Part shown: piece by piece, positions 13,278 through 25,887 of the stretch
How the letters are laid out: the number at the start of each line of letters is the position of its first letter
Numbering within the stretch: the first letter of the stretch is position 1
Source of the DNA: Gekko japonicus
Lineage: Eukaryota
Length of the DNA stretch: 64,000 nt
Assembly: GCF_001447785.1 (NCBI RefSeq)
Contig: NW_015173676.1
Coordinates: forward strand, 2,085-66,084
Reading direction: 5' to 3'
Position numbers and translations under genes: made by a program
Notes under the pieces: model-generated
What the model saw: the letters and a program-made list of their open reading frames with translations, nothing else
Database searches by the model: none
What the model was told of the DNA's origin: nothing

Positions 13278-14184
13278 TGTGACAGACAGGTTGGATTCTG
13301 CTTCTCCCTACGAGTGACCAATGAGAGCTGACAGAATGTTCATGAGTTAACAGTTGAAAAATGGCAGTTAGGAGAGCAGCTGGGAGTTGGCAGTGAGGGA
13401 CCTGAGAGATAAAAGAGTATGTCTGATTGAGTGAAACTGTGGAGAAGAGCTGTTTAAATAGTCAATTTGTAACAAAGAATCCCAATTGTGGGAATAGAAC
13501 CACAGTTCAAAAGTTCAATGGAAGTGAAATGTTATAACTCCTATTTTATTTTCTTCCGTGTTGTGTTCAAACAAAAAAACCCCGTAAACTCTTTGTTTTT
13601 TTACATCTGTGGGCTGTGTTCCTCAGAGAAAGAAATAGGATATGAACAAATGGTGGCAGCATGTGAATGGAACAGTGTATGAGCCCTGGACCCAGTTCTG
13701 GCTTGAATAATACAAGATGCTCAAAGACTGTCCTCCATCTCCGGGGGCTATATTTCTTTCTTTTCTTTGTTGCTCTTTCATTTATCTTATCTTTTTCTTT
13801 CTTAAGAGCTTTCTCTCTTGGTAGCTTAGTTTTACTTTTTTAAATCTATGTGATGGGTGGGGAGCATATTTTTGTTTAGATTACTCCTTCCTCTTTTCCC
13901 CATTCTTCCCCCTCTAATTAGAGGAAACAGATTGTTTACTTTATGGCTAACTCTTTGTGAGTGAGGGCCTGTTATTAAATGAGGCTGGGCTACCCTGTCT
14001 GATAATGTCTCCGTGAGTGTGAGAGAGGATCTGAGGGGAGAAATAGTCAAGGATTTCTCTATATTTTAAAGGAGACAAGAAAGGTGGCAAATGTGATATC
14101 CTGACTTACTTGTAACCCTGAGCCTGAGAGAGAGAGGATGTACAGCATGGTAGGTGCTCTGTTTGAGTGGAAAGGGGTGTCACA
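13278..14184 (+). mobile_element. LTR-derived insertion (solo LTR or composite LTR) inside the L1 RT
   Basis: Termini TGTGACA...TGTCACA form a perfect 7-bp inverted repeat; the insert splits the L1 QGC|PL motif; internal PBS-like tggtggcagc at 13651-13660; motifs similar to the Gypsy LTR at 39753. Confidence 0.75.
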
Positions 14185-14402
14185 AAAGGCAACCCTGTTT
14201 TACATCTCTATTAACAGGTCCTGGAGTTGACAACAACTTTTGAAGAAATAGGCAAATGGTGGAGCTTGAAAAAATGATTTCAGCCCATTGAATGAAGTAT
14301 TCTCCAGGTCCAAAACCTGATAAGCATATGAGTAAAAAATGAATATTCAACATGATCAAAAGCCTTCTCAGCATCCAAAAACAAGAAGGCAGCCTTAAGA
14401 TT

Positions 14403-15344
14403 CCTTTTCCTATTAGCCAAGCATTAAGAGAAAACTGGTACAAGATGTTTTACCAATGGTCACTCCAAAAGATATTGTATTTGGAAAAGAATTACAAAGG
14501 GGCCTGCTGGAAATGTAAAAAAGAAGATGGCACCTTTTATCATATGTGGTGGACCTGCATGAAGACAAAAAGATACTGGAAAAATATACATGAAGAAATT
14601 AAAAATATTCTAAAAACCAAATTCCCAATGAAACCAGAGATTATGTTACTGGGAATCTTACCAGACAACATAGATAGAAGCTCACAAGATACTTGCAATG
14701 AAATGGAAGACAGAAGACTGTCCTACAATAGAGATCTGGAAAGAAAAACTAGCTGAGTAAGCAACATTGGAAAAACTAACCAATTATATAAACAAACGAC
14801 CACTGAAAGAATTTATACAGAAGTGGCAAGCTTATTACTCATACTATGGGATTAATTAATTTTTTTAAGTTCTGGAATAACCTGAATATCATATTAATGG
14901 TGATGAAGGTATTGATTACAGTTACAATACTTGATTCTGTATTCCACTCTTAATTAAATAATTAGTAAGAATAAAATTTAGATTTAGATAAGCAATTAAG
15001 ACAATATTAAGGATTTTACAGTGATTCCGTTTTAGCATGGAAGTTCATTTAATTGTTAAGGATGTTATTTCTTTTATTGTTAATAGATTATCCGTAACCT
15101 TAGGAAAGTTCTTGTTTACCCTTTAAAGAGAGAATCTATCCCAAAATTCTATAATATTGATGTTTTAATGTCTGCTTCTATATTTTAAATATGTAATATA
15201 TTTGGTAATATACCGTATTTGATCTTACTTATTGTACGTAACAATTCATATTATTTGGCAAACCTGATGAATTTATATTTTCCCTCGCCCCCCTTTCCCT
15301 TCTTTATCTCACCTTTTTTTCTGAGAAAATAATAATTTTTTTAA
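14403..15344 (+). mobile_element. second L1, 5'-truncated 3' end, inserted antisense into the first L1
   Basis: ORF2 C-terminal zinc-knuckle CWKCKKEDGTFYHMWWTC; TSD aagatt at 14397-14402 and 15345-15350; target TT|AAGA matches the L1 endonuclease preference. Confidence 0.88.
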
Positions 15345-16206
15345 AAGATTATTTGTTTTAGCATATTGTAATAAATTGACCACTCTCCTGTTATTAGAAG
15401 TTAAAAGTCATCCAGGAATAAAACTGGTTTGATCAGGATTAATATATCTACATAAACCTTTTTTATTCTATTTGATAAACATATGGTTATGATTTTATTA
15501 CCATAATTTATGAGACTAATTAAATGGTATGAGCTAATATTCACAAGACCTTTGCCTGGCTTAGGAATTACAACCATTTTTGTTTCAAGAGAAGAAGCTG
15601 CAAGGGACTTCTTCCTGAAAATTTCATTAATTGCAGCAAGTAGGGGAGAAGCCATCACTGTCTTAAAGATCAGACAGCCCTTAGGAATGAGTTCATTCAG
15701 AAATGAAACCATCAAGCCCTGGGTAGTTGTTTCTTTTCAAATTATTTATAACTTCTAAAACTTCCTGTAAAGAAATTGGTTGATCAATCAATATCCTATC
15801 ATTATTCATCAGTTGCTGTATGGATATTTTTGTCAGAAAATCAAAAATGAAACCTTGGTCTAGATTTTGGGAGGAATATAAAGTAGTGTAAAAATTCTCA
15901 AACTCCTGAATAATCTGTTGAGAGTGTGTATATATGGTACTATTTCTGTTTTTAATACCAGTAACTGAGCTATTCACCCTTTTTAATTTCAATCTGTAAG
16001 CCACCAACGTACTTATCTTATTAGCAGACTCAAATAATTGTTGCCTAGTGTAAAGCAGTTTCTTATTAATTATCTCAGTATCCAGTTCTTCTAAATGTCT
16101 ACTGATGCTTAATATGTCTTTACAAGTAGAAGGGTTATTATCCTTTTTGTGTTTAGATTCGTGTATTTTTAATGCATCTAATCAGTGTTGTCTGATTAGA
16201 CGATGA

Positions 16207-16465
16207 GAACGGAGGGCAGGAAGAGTTATATCAGTGCTTAGTTATTGTGGCCCTTTCTTACATACCCAGGGAAATGCTCCTTGCCACTTTAGGGTCAGGA
16301 AGCAATTGTTCTCCAGGCCAGTTTGGCCAGGGTTCCCGGAGGGGGGGGTTGCCCTCTTCTGGGCATAGAGCAGGGGTCACTGGGGGGTAGTTGTGAATTT
16401 CCTGCATTGTGCAGAGGCTTGGACTAGATGACCCTGGAGGACCCTTCCAACTCTATGATTCTATC
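16207..16465 (+). mobile_element. CR1 3'-UTR fragment or CR1-tailed SINE
   Basis: Ends in the canonical CR1 terminus ttggactagatgaccctggaggacccttccaactctatgattctat. Confidence 0.8.
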
Positions 16466-16496
16466 GACTCTCCCCTTCTAGTCTCTGCAGAACAAA

Positions 16497-17410
16497 GCAA
16501 GGAGGTCTGGGTATGTAGCCATAGCATCATGCACTGGGCAGGGACCTACATGTTGTCAACCAATTGGAGTGTCTCTTGGGGACTGGATGGGCATCTGCAG
16601 ATTTCCTGGACAGGGCAAAGAGGGATGCTCTGGGACTCTCTTCTTCCAACCCTCTTGTGTGGCATTGCCCATTGGGGCCCTTCAGTGGTTATTCTCATTC
16701 AGCTAGGGGAGAATGATCTGGTGAGCCAAAAAGGGATTGAACTTGCCATCACCATGAAAGCAGTTCTGTGGACACTTTTCTCTCCCCTCCCAGACATGTT
16801 GTTCTTTGGTCAGAATTTCTGGAGAGGTGCAACTGGCAGGGGTTGATGTTGCCAGGAAGAAAGTGAGCAGAGCAGTGGGGCAGTTTGTAGAATCAGCTGG
16901 GGGTGCTGTTATCTATCACCTGCTCTTTTCAGGGCAGGTGGTATCCACCTTGTAGGATGGGGACAGGACATTTGGCTCCATGGGATTTGTGATGCTCTCC
17001 TTTCTTGGCTGAGGCTATAAGAGCTTTGTCAGGAGACAGGCTCTTGTGGCTCTTGTGGTGATTTAGGTCACTGGGCTGAATCCTTTTTGTGGGAAGGCTA
17101 TGTCCGTGAGCCCACCTCCCCCATTTTGGGGACCCCCTTAAAGGGTAAAGTCATGGAGCAGCATTCCCATCACAGGGGCTGTTGCCCTGTCCCACTCCCA
17201 GCATGGGAAGGGAGCCACATAGAGGCTTGTGCTCAGGTGGGACCACTGGACTTGCCACTCCAAGTTTTCTCCCAGCAAGCAGGCTGGGGAGGGGTTCCTT
17301 TGGCTAACAGGTTGGATCTGGAGCTGTAACCTATGCTGTGCCAGTGCTCCTGTGTCATAGTCAATAAGGCTGTAGCATTTTTTACTCTATCCTGTCTCTG
17401 GATTATAGGT
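16497..17410 (+). mobile_element. 3' relic of a DIRS/Ngaro-like YR retroelement: SGNH-hydrolase ORF remnant (16497-17020) and terminal repeat
   Basis: VWVCSHSIMHWA..ISWTGQRGMLWDSLLP..ILIQLGENDL, then after frameshifts VDVARKKVSRAVGQFVESAGGAVIYH..LFRAGGIHL..DIWL..SWLRL*; homologous to the ORF at 54638-55077; terminal caataaggctgtagc motif. Confidence 0.8.
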
Positions 17411-17804
17411 TATTCTTCACTTTCCTCCTGGCCTCCTCCTCCCTGCCCTTAGGACAGCATTTTTCTTACATCAGTATGAACTTCCTCATAAAATGCAATC
17501 CAGACACCATGTGAAAGTTTGGTTCTTTCTTTGTACACACGATTAACTTTGGTTTGGTTTTGATGACAGAACAGCCCGAATTAATGCTGGACCACATTTC
17601 ATACTCCAGAAGAAGAAAAAGGATACATTTGTAAAGTATTCATGAGATCTGTATTCAGCTTTCACATTCCGTGTTAATAGAGGCGAGTGACCCTTATTAC
17701 AAGCACAGGAATACAGGTTCTTTGACCCCTGAAAAACCACCTTTTATTGTGTCTCATATATATATATATATGGTATTAGGGTATATATCATAAGATGCTG
17801 CAAG

Positions 17805-18010
17805 CAGTGTTCCCTCTAAGCTGAATTAGTGTGAACTAGCTCACAGTTTTTTAGCCTCCAGCTCACACACTTTTGTCTTAGCTCAGGAAGGATGGCTCCA
17901 GCGCAAACTAATTTATGCAGTAGCCAAATCGCTCGCTCACAACTTTAATGCCAGTAGCTCACTAAGTAGAATTTTTGCTCACAAGACTCCACAGCTTAGA
18001 GGGAGCATTG
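17805..18010 (+). mobile_element. hAT MITE (206 bp)
   Basis: TIRs cagtgttccctctaagctg / cagcttagagggagcattg; perfect 8-bp TSD gctgcaag (17797-17804, 18011-18018). Confidence 0.93.
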
Positions 18011-19186
18011 GCTGCAAGATACCTGACATAGGGTTTGTATTTTACTGAATTTACTGCATTATTTAATGCAAAACGAACATATTTCTTGTTGTTACCTCTT
18101 AGTTACACCATGAACTGTAATTAATAATACTATTATTCAATGTTTTCATGATGATTTGTTTTTGCTGGATAAGAACAAACAGAATTTGTAAACTGATGGA
18201 TCAATATTAGAAAAAAGTTGGATTATAAAAAAAATGGAGGATTCCAAGATTGGGAACGGTAATTAAATGCTCCATGATCTAGCCCATTCAAGTCTCAGCA
18301 TCTCAGGAAAACTGCCTTCATTTACAACGATCTTATTGCTAGTTGTTTCAGTATGTTCCCATTAAAAATAATTCAACAATAGCTAAAAACATTTTTAAAT
18401 AAATATTTGCAAAAAGCTTCTGCAGTGCAGAAACAATATGTCACTGAGAAAAAAGTTTGATGACTTTCAGATCAGGTCTGCTCACAGAGAGAATGCAAAT
18501 ACAAATGGAGAGTATGCATAATTCAGAAATTCAGTAATGCATGACGAATAATACATTCGGAATGAGTGGGTCCAAGGCAGCTTTTAAGCTAGGGTAATTG
18601 GCCTTGGCCTCAGTTTGGTAAAACGGAATAACTAAAGGAAATAAGAGGCACAATGTATGGGATGTCCTTCACCACAATCCCCACTAAAATAAATGGGCTA
18701 GAGTAGTGTCAGGGCATAGTAGTAGTCTTAGCTTCCATTTGTCTCAGTTGGGATTGCACAGTAGCAGAAGAAAATCTTAAATGGAGCAGAGTAGGCTGGA
18801 TTGAAGCTTCCATGAGTTCATAGGAGATTATTCTACTAAGTCCCCTTGTGCCTGAAAATGCCACTGTTGAAGGCTGGAGCGCCCTCCAGAATTCTATGCC
18901 ATGTGATATGGGAGGCTGCAACAAACAGAAGAAATCAGACAAAACATTATTGTAAGAGAAAGTTTACTCGAGTGGCACATGCTAATGAGAGGATGATTTT
19001 ATCTGAGACCCCCTTTCTGCTGTAAACACCTCTGTTCTACTGTGTAGCAGATTGTTTCAAGGAGTCCTACTGTCTTCAGCAGTGACAGTTTGGGAGATGC
19101 AGGCAGCCACTAGGAAGGGGAATATCATAGAATCCACTTAAGTACATTTGCAGGAATCTAGATTTAGTATTCTTCCTCTATCAGCA

Positions 19187-19480
19187 GCTGCCCAGATATT
19201 TCTGGATAGCCCTGGAAGGCCAGATACTGAAGCTGAAGCTCAAATACTTTGGCCACCAAATGAGAAGGGAGCACTCACTGGAGAAGACCCTAATGCTGAG
19301 AAAGATTGAAGGTAACAGAAGAAGGAGAAGGCAAAGAATGAGATGGTTAGACAGTGTTATTGATGCAATGAACATAAAACTAAGCAACCTCTGGAGGATG
19401 GCAGAAGACAGGAGGGCCTGGCGCGATGTGGTCCATGGGGTCGCGAAGAGTCGGACTTGACTGTGTGACTGAACAACAAC
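19187..19480 (+). mobile_element. RTE-BovB LINE 3' end
   Basis: LKLKYFGHQMRREHSLEKTLML.KIEGNRRRRRQRMRWLDSVIDAM..WRDVVHGVAKSRT; (CAA)n tail; TSD atcagca (19180-19186, 19481-19487). Confidence 0.93.
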
Positions 19481-20372
19481 ATCAGCAAAACAAGATGATG
19501 GAAAACATGGTATGTTGCTTGCCTTTAATACCTGATATTCAGAGGAATGCTACATGTGAATGTGGAGGTTTCATTTAGTTGTCATGGTTAAAGGCTATTA
19601 CTGCACCTATCCTACATGAATGTGTCTGATTTTCCCCTCCCAATATCGTCTAAACAAGAGGCCTTTACCCTCTCATTGAGCTTTCTGGTATGTTGGATAC
19701 AGACATGGGAGAATCAGGGATGCTTCATCATTTGAACTCTCCCTTTTTTATGAGTCAAGCTTTTATTTTATTACCTCCAATATCAGTATTGTGAACAGTT
19801 CTTCATTGGTGCAGTGGCAGCATTCAGTATAGTGGCTGGCCAGGTAAACTGCTGCTTGTGCTGATTTCTGTGCCCTGGTCATCATGAGATGTGGTTCTTA
19901 CAAGCAGCTAAATTAGGTTATGTGTGCTGCTTTTGTTCCTGTACAGTTGGCAGCATTCATAAGTCAGTGGCCTTCCTCCAACTGCCCTCTTACCTCACTA
20001 TCCACAGCTAGGAATTTTTTCACCAGATTTACTGAAGGCGTGCACATCTGCGTAGGAAGTAACAAATGTTTCTCTTTGGAAGGGTGTTGTTTCAAAGACT
20101 TTGAAAGAGGTGGTTGTGAAACCTCCTGAAGAAAGTATCCCTGGACCCCCATGACTAAAATAACTACTGCCCAGTGGCCAATATTCCATTTTTGGGTAAA
20201 ATGCTGGAGAAAGTGATACAAGGAGATGGATTATCTGGACACATTTCAATCTAGATTTAGGACTGTGTTTGGAATGGGAACTTTCTTAGTCCCTGTGATG
20301 ACCTTTGCCAAGAGACTGGTGAAGCAGTAAATCCCTGTTAATTTCTCCTGAACTTGTCAGTAGCTTTTGATA

Positions 20373-21830
20373 CCCCTTCCAGTCTGACTTCCGCTCCGCC
20401 CATGGGACTGAGACGGTGCTGGTCACCCTGGTAGATGATCTCCAGAGACATCTGGATCGAGGTGGTTCGGTGCTGCTGATTCTCCTTGATCTATTGGTAG
20501 TGTTCAATATGGTTGACCATGAGGTGTTAACCCACCGCCTCGCTGATGCTGGGATACAGGGGCTTGCCTTACAATGGCTGGCCTCCTTTCTTCAGGGTTG
20601 GGCACAGAGGGTGGCACTTGGGGGGAGAGTTATCCCAGTGGCACCCACTAGAATGTGGTGTTTCACACGGTGTGATCCTCTCCCCCATCCTGTTTAATAT
20701 CTATATGTGCCCTCTCACCCAGATTATCTGGAGATATGGGCTCGGTTGTCACCAATATGTGGATGACATCCAGCTCTATCTGCTGATGGACGGCTGCCTG
20801 GACATGGCCCCAGGACATCTTGACGAGGTGTTACAGGCCATGGCTGGATGGTTACGACAGAGCCAACTTAAGATAAATCCATCTGAGGTCCTGAACTTGA
20901 GTCAAGAGGGACTGAGTCAGGGGCTCAGGCTCCCAACTTTCGATGGGGCTCCATAGGTGCCTGTGCCAAGTGTGAAGAGTCTGGGGGTGCTCCTGGATAC
21001 CTCCCTTTCAATGGAGGCCCAGGTCACCACCACTGCCAGGTCTGCCTTTTTCTATCTGAGGCAGATCAGACAGTTAGCCCATACCTTGCCCTGTGAGATT
21101 TAGCTACGGTGATCCATGCAATGGTCACTTCCAGGCTAGATTATTGTAACTCTCTCTATGTGGGGCTGCCCTTGACTCTGCTCCAGAAGTTGCAGCTAGT
21201 GCAGAATGCAGCAGAATGCGATGCCTGTGTGGGCTCGTATCCACCCGGTCCTGCGTGAACTGCACTGGCTGCCTATTGAATTCCAAATCTGCTTCAAGGT
21301 GCTGGTGCTTACCTTTAAAGCCCTATACGGCCAGGGGCTAGCATACCTATGAGACTGGCTCTCCCCATATGAGCCCCGGTGGGCACTGAGGTCCTCAAAT
21401 GAACATATTCTACACCCTGGGCCCCAGGGACATCTGACTAGCCTTGACCAGGGCCAGGGCCTTTTCAGCCCTGGCCCCTGCCTGGTGGAATGAGCTCCCG
21501 TGTGAGATCAGGGCCCTGCGGGACTTATCATGGTTCCTCAGGGCCTGCAAGATGGAGCTCTTCCACCAGGCATTTGGCTTAGGCAGCGGACATCCCCCCC
21601 CCCCCAGCTTCTATGGCCTTAGTTCTTCCGGCCCAGCTTTTCGGGCCAATTTTCATCACTGGCCTGATTTTGATTGGTCATTCTGATTGTTTTATGGTTA
21701 CATGGTATTTTATGATAATTATATGTAAATTGTTATCACATTATTTTAAGTGTATTAACTAGTTGTTGTTCACTGCCCTGAGCCCACTTGGGAAGGGCGG
21801 AATATAAATCTAATAAAATAAAATAAAGTT
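20373..21830 (+). mobile_element. younger L2 LINE, 5'-truncated (RT domain to 3' end)
   Basis: HGTETVLVTLVDDL..LLILLDLLVVFNMVDH, GVSHGVILSPILFNIYM..HQYVDDIQLY, RARAFSALAPAWWNELP..LFHQAF; (TAAAA)n tail at 21811-21828. Confidence 0.93.
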
Positions 21831-22329
21831 AATTAACCATAGTATCCTTCTGGAGAAACTAGGTAGGATGGGAATAGGGGGTACTGCACTCTGTGGGGTC
21901 CACTCTTATTTGATTGACCAGTTCCAGAAGGTGGTGCTGAGGGACTTCTGCTTGGCCTGTGGGATTTATGTTATGGGGTCCTACAGGTTTTCCCCTGTGC
22001 TATTTGACATGTATGTAAAACCAGAGATTGTGTGAGTTTTTAGAGTGAGATCTTACCAACATTTGGATGATACCTAGCTCTATTTCTCCTTAATACCCAA
22101 GTCAGATGGTTCTGTGGAAGTCCTGATCAGATGCCTGGAGAGAAGGTAATGAGACTGAGGAGGGTCAATAAACTGAAACTCAATGCAGGGCCGTAGCCAG
22201 CCGTGGGGTGCATGGGGCAAGGCCCCCTTTCGTATTTGCAGCACCTCACCCAATACCCCACCCCAATCTTCCCTGATCTTCCCTTCCCCCATGTGGGTGG
22301 GGGCCCCTCAGTTTCATCCGTCTCCTTAG

Positions 22330-22445
22330 GATAAGAACATAAGAGATGCCAATGTTGGATCAGGCCAAAGGCCCATCCAGTCCAACACTCTGTATCACAC
22401 AGTGGCCAGAAATACCAGTGCCAGGAGGTCCCACCAGTGGGGATC
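22330..22445 (-). mobile_element. CR1 3' terminal fragment
   Basis: taagaacataagagatgccaatgttggatcaggcc..., same as the CR1 3' end at 4549. Confidence 0.8.
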
Positions 22446-22532
22446 ATCCTGCCAGTCTCACAGCCCTGGAAATGGCTGCTTTAAAATGCACACAATAGCA
22501 AGTTTCAGCTCTCTGGCAGCAGCAGCTCAGGC

Positions 22533-22739
22533 TAGGGATCCCAAGTCCCCCCGGGGGGCAGGGAAACCCCCACCCCAGAGGCCCGTTCCCCGGCACCGCC
22601 GGATTGGGCACCGGGGGGAACTCCACCCCGACGTGCGCGTCACCTGGAAGTGACGCGGGCACGTGCGTGCAGCGCGCACATGCACAAGACGCCAGCCAGG
22701 AGCCCCCCGCTCCCGGCGAAGATAGACTTGGCAACCCTA
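22533..22739. mobile_element. young CpG-rich hAT MITE (207 bp)
   Basis: TIRs tagggatcccaagtc / gacttggcaacccta; perfect 8-bp TSD gctcaggc (22525-22532, 22740-22747). Confidence 0.92.
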
Positions 22740-25700
22740 GCTCAGGCTGATGCCTCTGCGGCTGGTGCATGAGTGGTAATGGCTGCTTTGCAACCAAAAA
22801 AAGCCCAGCCAATTACCTCAGTCCCCCCTTGCTCCAGTCTGCTAGGGCTTCTCTTCTAGGCAATGGCAGCAGCCGCTGTGGCTGCTGCGTCCTCAGCTGC
22901 TTCTTTTGCATTTGCAAATCCTTTTCTCCCCCCTCTCTTCCCCCATCCCTATCCCAACTCTCTGGTGGCATCGGCGGCTGCAGGGACTGAGAGAGGAGGA
23001 GGGGCAAGGCAAAAGCGGTGTGTGGAGGGTGTTCTTCACAGCTGCTTCCAACAGCGTGAGGAGCCTGATTGAGAACTGCAGAGGTTTTCTCTCCCTCACC
23101 CCCTTTCTCTGAACTTCCCAGAGAAAGCAGCAGCAAGGTAAAGCTACAATGGGAGTTCTCTACAGGGACCCTTGGTTTTGAGTGGAGAGGGAAAGGCGTT
23201 TGAGACCCGAGGGGTTAGAAGAGAGGGAGGGTGTCCAAGGCCGTCCCTGCCTGGCTGCCTGCCTCCTCCGCCATGAGGTCTGCTAATGAAATCAAAGTTA
23301 ATTCAATTAATTTTAATTTTATTAGCTGTTGCCCCCTACAGGAATCCTAGCTATGGGGCTGACTCAATGACAAAGCTGCTTGAGGACTGAGGAGTCAGCC
23401 TGTTCTGGAAAACACGGCACTCCCCCTGATGGAGTAGATTCATAGCTTACAAAGGTGCATTAGAGGCTCAGGTCTCCTACATGGGGCAAATCCGATTCCC
23501 TTCACAACAGTCTAGGGGTCGCCTCAGAGCACAACCCCATGTGTAACTGAGCAGGAATTCTTCTTCTTCTCCTCCTCAGAAGATATAACCCTTTTCTTTT
23601 AGCCTGAATGGGAGTTTTAGTATACTACCCAGGCCCTCAGCCAGGATTTTTTGTTTTGTGGGGCATTTTTTTTTCTTGTAGGGCAACCATTATGAGGGAG
23701 AGTAGAGCTCTGTAAAAATCTATGGATACATGCACCAGTGCCAATGCTGCATGTGATCGATATGCTGGAAGTAGCTAGGTTGTACATAAATAACATGCAA
23801 ATATGCTGAAGCATGCAAGGCTGTATATTAGTGGTGCGGCATTCTGAATTTAAATTTCTATTTCATGACCCCCTCATATTCACCCTGTTCCCCTTCCAGC
23901 CCTTCCCAAGGTTGATTCACTAGTCTATTGCTTAAGAATTAAAACCCTATGAATCCTCCTTACCCTCCAAGCAACCAAACCACCTTTTCCCTTCCCCATA
24001 CCAATCCCCACCCATACCTCTTGTGGGGCAGGGCTATAGATTAAGGGTGGGGCCCCACTGTAGCTACAAGCCTGCTACTACCCAGTCATCCTCACAAAAT
24101 CTCAATCCCAGTTTAAGTGTCTCTGTAAAATGGACTTCAGCTTTGGCTGACCCTTAGATGTTCAGTTCTGATACTGAATTCTTCCTCAAAACTGATAGAA
24201 ATCAGTTAAGGCAAGGAGTCGTTTCCCTTCACTCCAAAGGTGAACTTTTCTGACTGACTCTGTCAGACCCACTGACTCCAACCAACTCTGTCAGAAGCCA
24301 GCTGTAAAAAACCAGCTGACCAAAAGACTAAAAAAAAGACCATGTCTTCAGCACTCAGCTAATAATAAAGCTCAGCTGGTGCTAGCCAATCAAGAGGGTA
24401 TGGGGGTGGGGGGGGGAAAGGGAGCAGCCTGTCACTCAAGCTGTCCATTTCAGTGAAGAGTTAATTCTTCACCTCCCAGCTCTCTGAAATTGCTGAACTA
24501 GGAAACCTGCTGTTAAGGGCAGTCAGTCACATCTACATTGATTTCCCATCTGTTTCCAGGCACAATTCAAAGCGCTGTAGTTTGAGGGTAGGGTACAAAG
24601 GATTGCCTTCTTCCATATTGTACAATCCACCAGCTGAGGTCTCTTTGTGTCCTTACTTGCAAAGGTAAAGCAGGTAATAACCAGCAACAGGGCTTTTTTG
24701 TAGGTGGCACCTTTGCTTTGGAATGTCCTCCTTGTTAAGGCACACTTAGCTCCCACTTTACTTTATTTAGACACCAGGCCAAACTACTGCTCCTAAACCA
24801 GACTGTTTTATCAATAGCATTTTGAACTGCTCTTTTATGCACTTTTATTGGCTGTTTTTATTTGTTTTTTGTTGGGATGATTTGCTTTTACTGCTGCTGC
24901 TCAGGAGGCACAAAATGCTTCTAAGTAAAATAAATACTTATATACTCTAATTCCAGGCACTTTATCATTGAAAAATCATTTTTCTCTCTGTGTTTGATGG
25001 TGCTGACCACAAATTGCATGCTAATTGCAATCCAAACAGAGAGGAGATTGAGCATCCTTGGGGAATATCCACTCTAGCCAGGAAATGACTTTTTTTCTGT
25101 TTGACAGTTCATTCCACCATAACCTTCCCACTTATAAAATGGGGGAAAAGGGACATACCTAACAGGATTGTTAAGAAAAACTGATAAGGTGTAAGAGCCA
25201 ATAGGTAATGGTATTCAATAAACTTCCAAAAAAGAAAATCAGCATGACATTGGATGCATTCATTTCATCCTCATTTGTAATTTAAAATGTTCTGTTGTGT
25301 CATGCAGAAGAAAATATTAGGTGAAACGTTTTTCTGGCAGATATTGATCAAATGATAATAAATATGTCTGCACTTTTTATTTATGTGTTTTATCATTAAT
25401 GGAAAAGTGTGTTTCTGTATCTAACAGTGGTAACGTTCATATTTGGAAAAGATAATTAATTGCATAACTGTGTTTGATACAGATATCAATCTGCAGTGAC
25501 ATTTGTTGCAAAAACGCTCGGGCTATTTAACATTTTTACATTCATTGTGACAGATTCAAACTTTAGCTAGTAAATTTAAACTTTTGACACAACTTGGTAG
25601 TAAGACCCAATCTAGATTTAATGATATGGTTACCTTCCTTTATTTAAATCAGTATTAGGAAATCATCTTTGAATACTTTATTCAGAATATAGTTATTGGC

Positions 25701-25887
25701 CACTAGATACTGCACAGCTGAAGAACATTTTCATGAAATGGTGTAATTTACATAAGTAAGTTTAGTATGTGAAACTTTCAGCCTGTCCTTCTCCAGGACA
25801 TAAAACCACCACTTAACATCTGGAGTATGACATTTCCAGTTCTTCCAGAATGAAAAAGCAGGAGACTATTTAAAACAGTATGAATAG

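Larger units (their letters stand above)
11440..16200 (-). mobile_element. L1-clade LINE ORF2 and 3' UTR, degenerate, with two nested insertions
   Basis: ORF2 remnants EFENFYTTLYSSQ..PISLQEVLEVINNLK..PGLDGF, VIPKPGK..SSYHLISLINY, DQTGFIPG, DAEKAFD and QGC|PLLFNLSLEPL; T-rich tail on the plus strand near 11443-11460. Confidence 0.85.
20125..24940 (+). mobile_element. old L2 LINE in pieces (about 20125-20372, 21836-22183, 24520-24940), interrupted by younger insertions
   Basis: Remnants NY.PVANIPFLGK.LEKV, AFDT|HSILL, DDT.LYFS, NKLKLN and the 3' part (FQAQFKAL..GFFVGGTFALE..) occur in collinear order. Confidence 0.65.

Noticed and set aside
23400-24515. Possible minus-strand LTR relic (gagtgacag motif)
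   Set aside because: No TG..CA termini or TSD could be identified.
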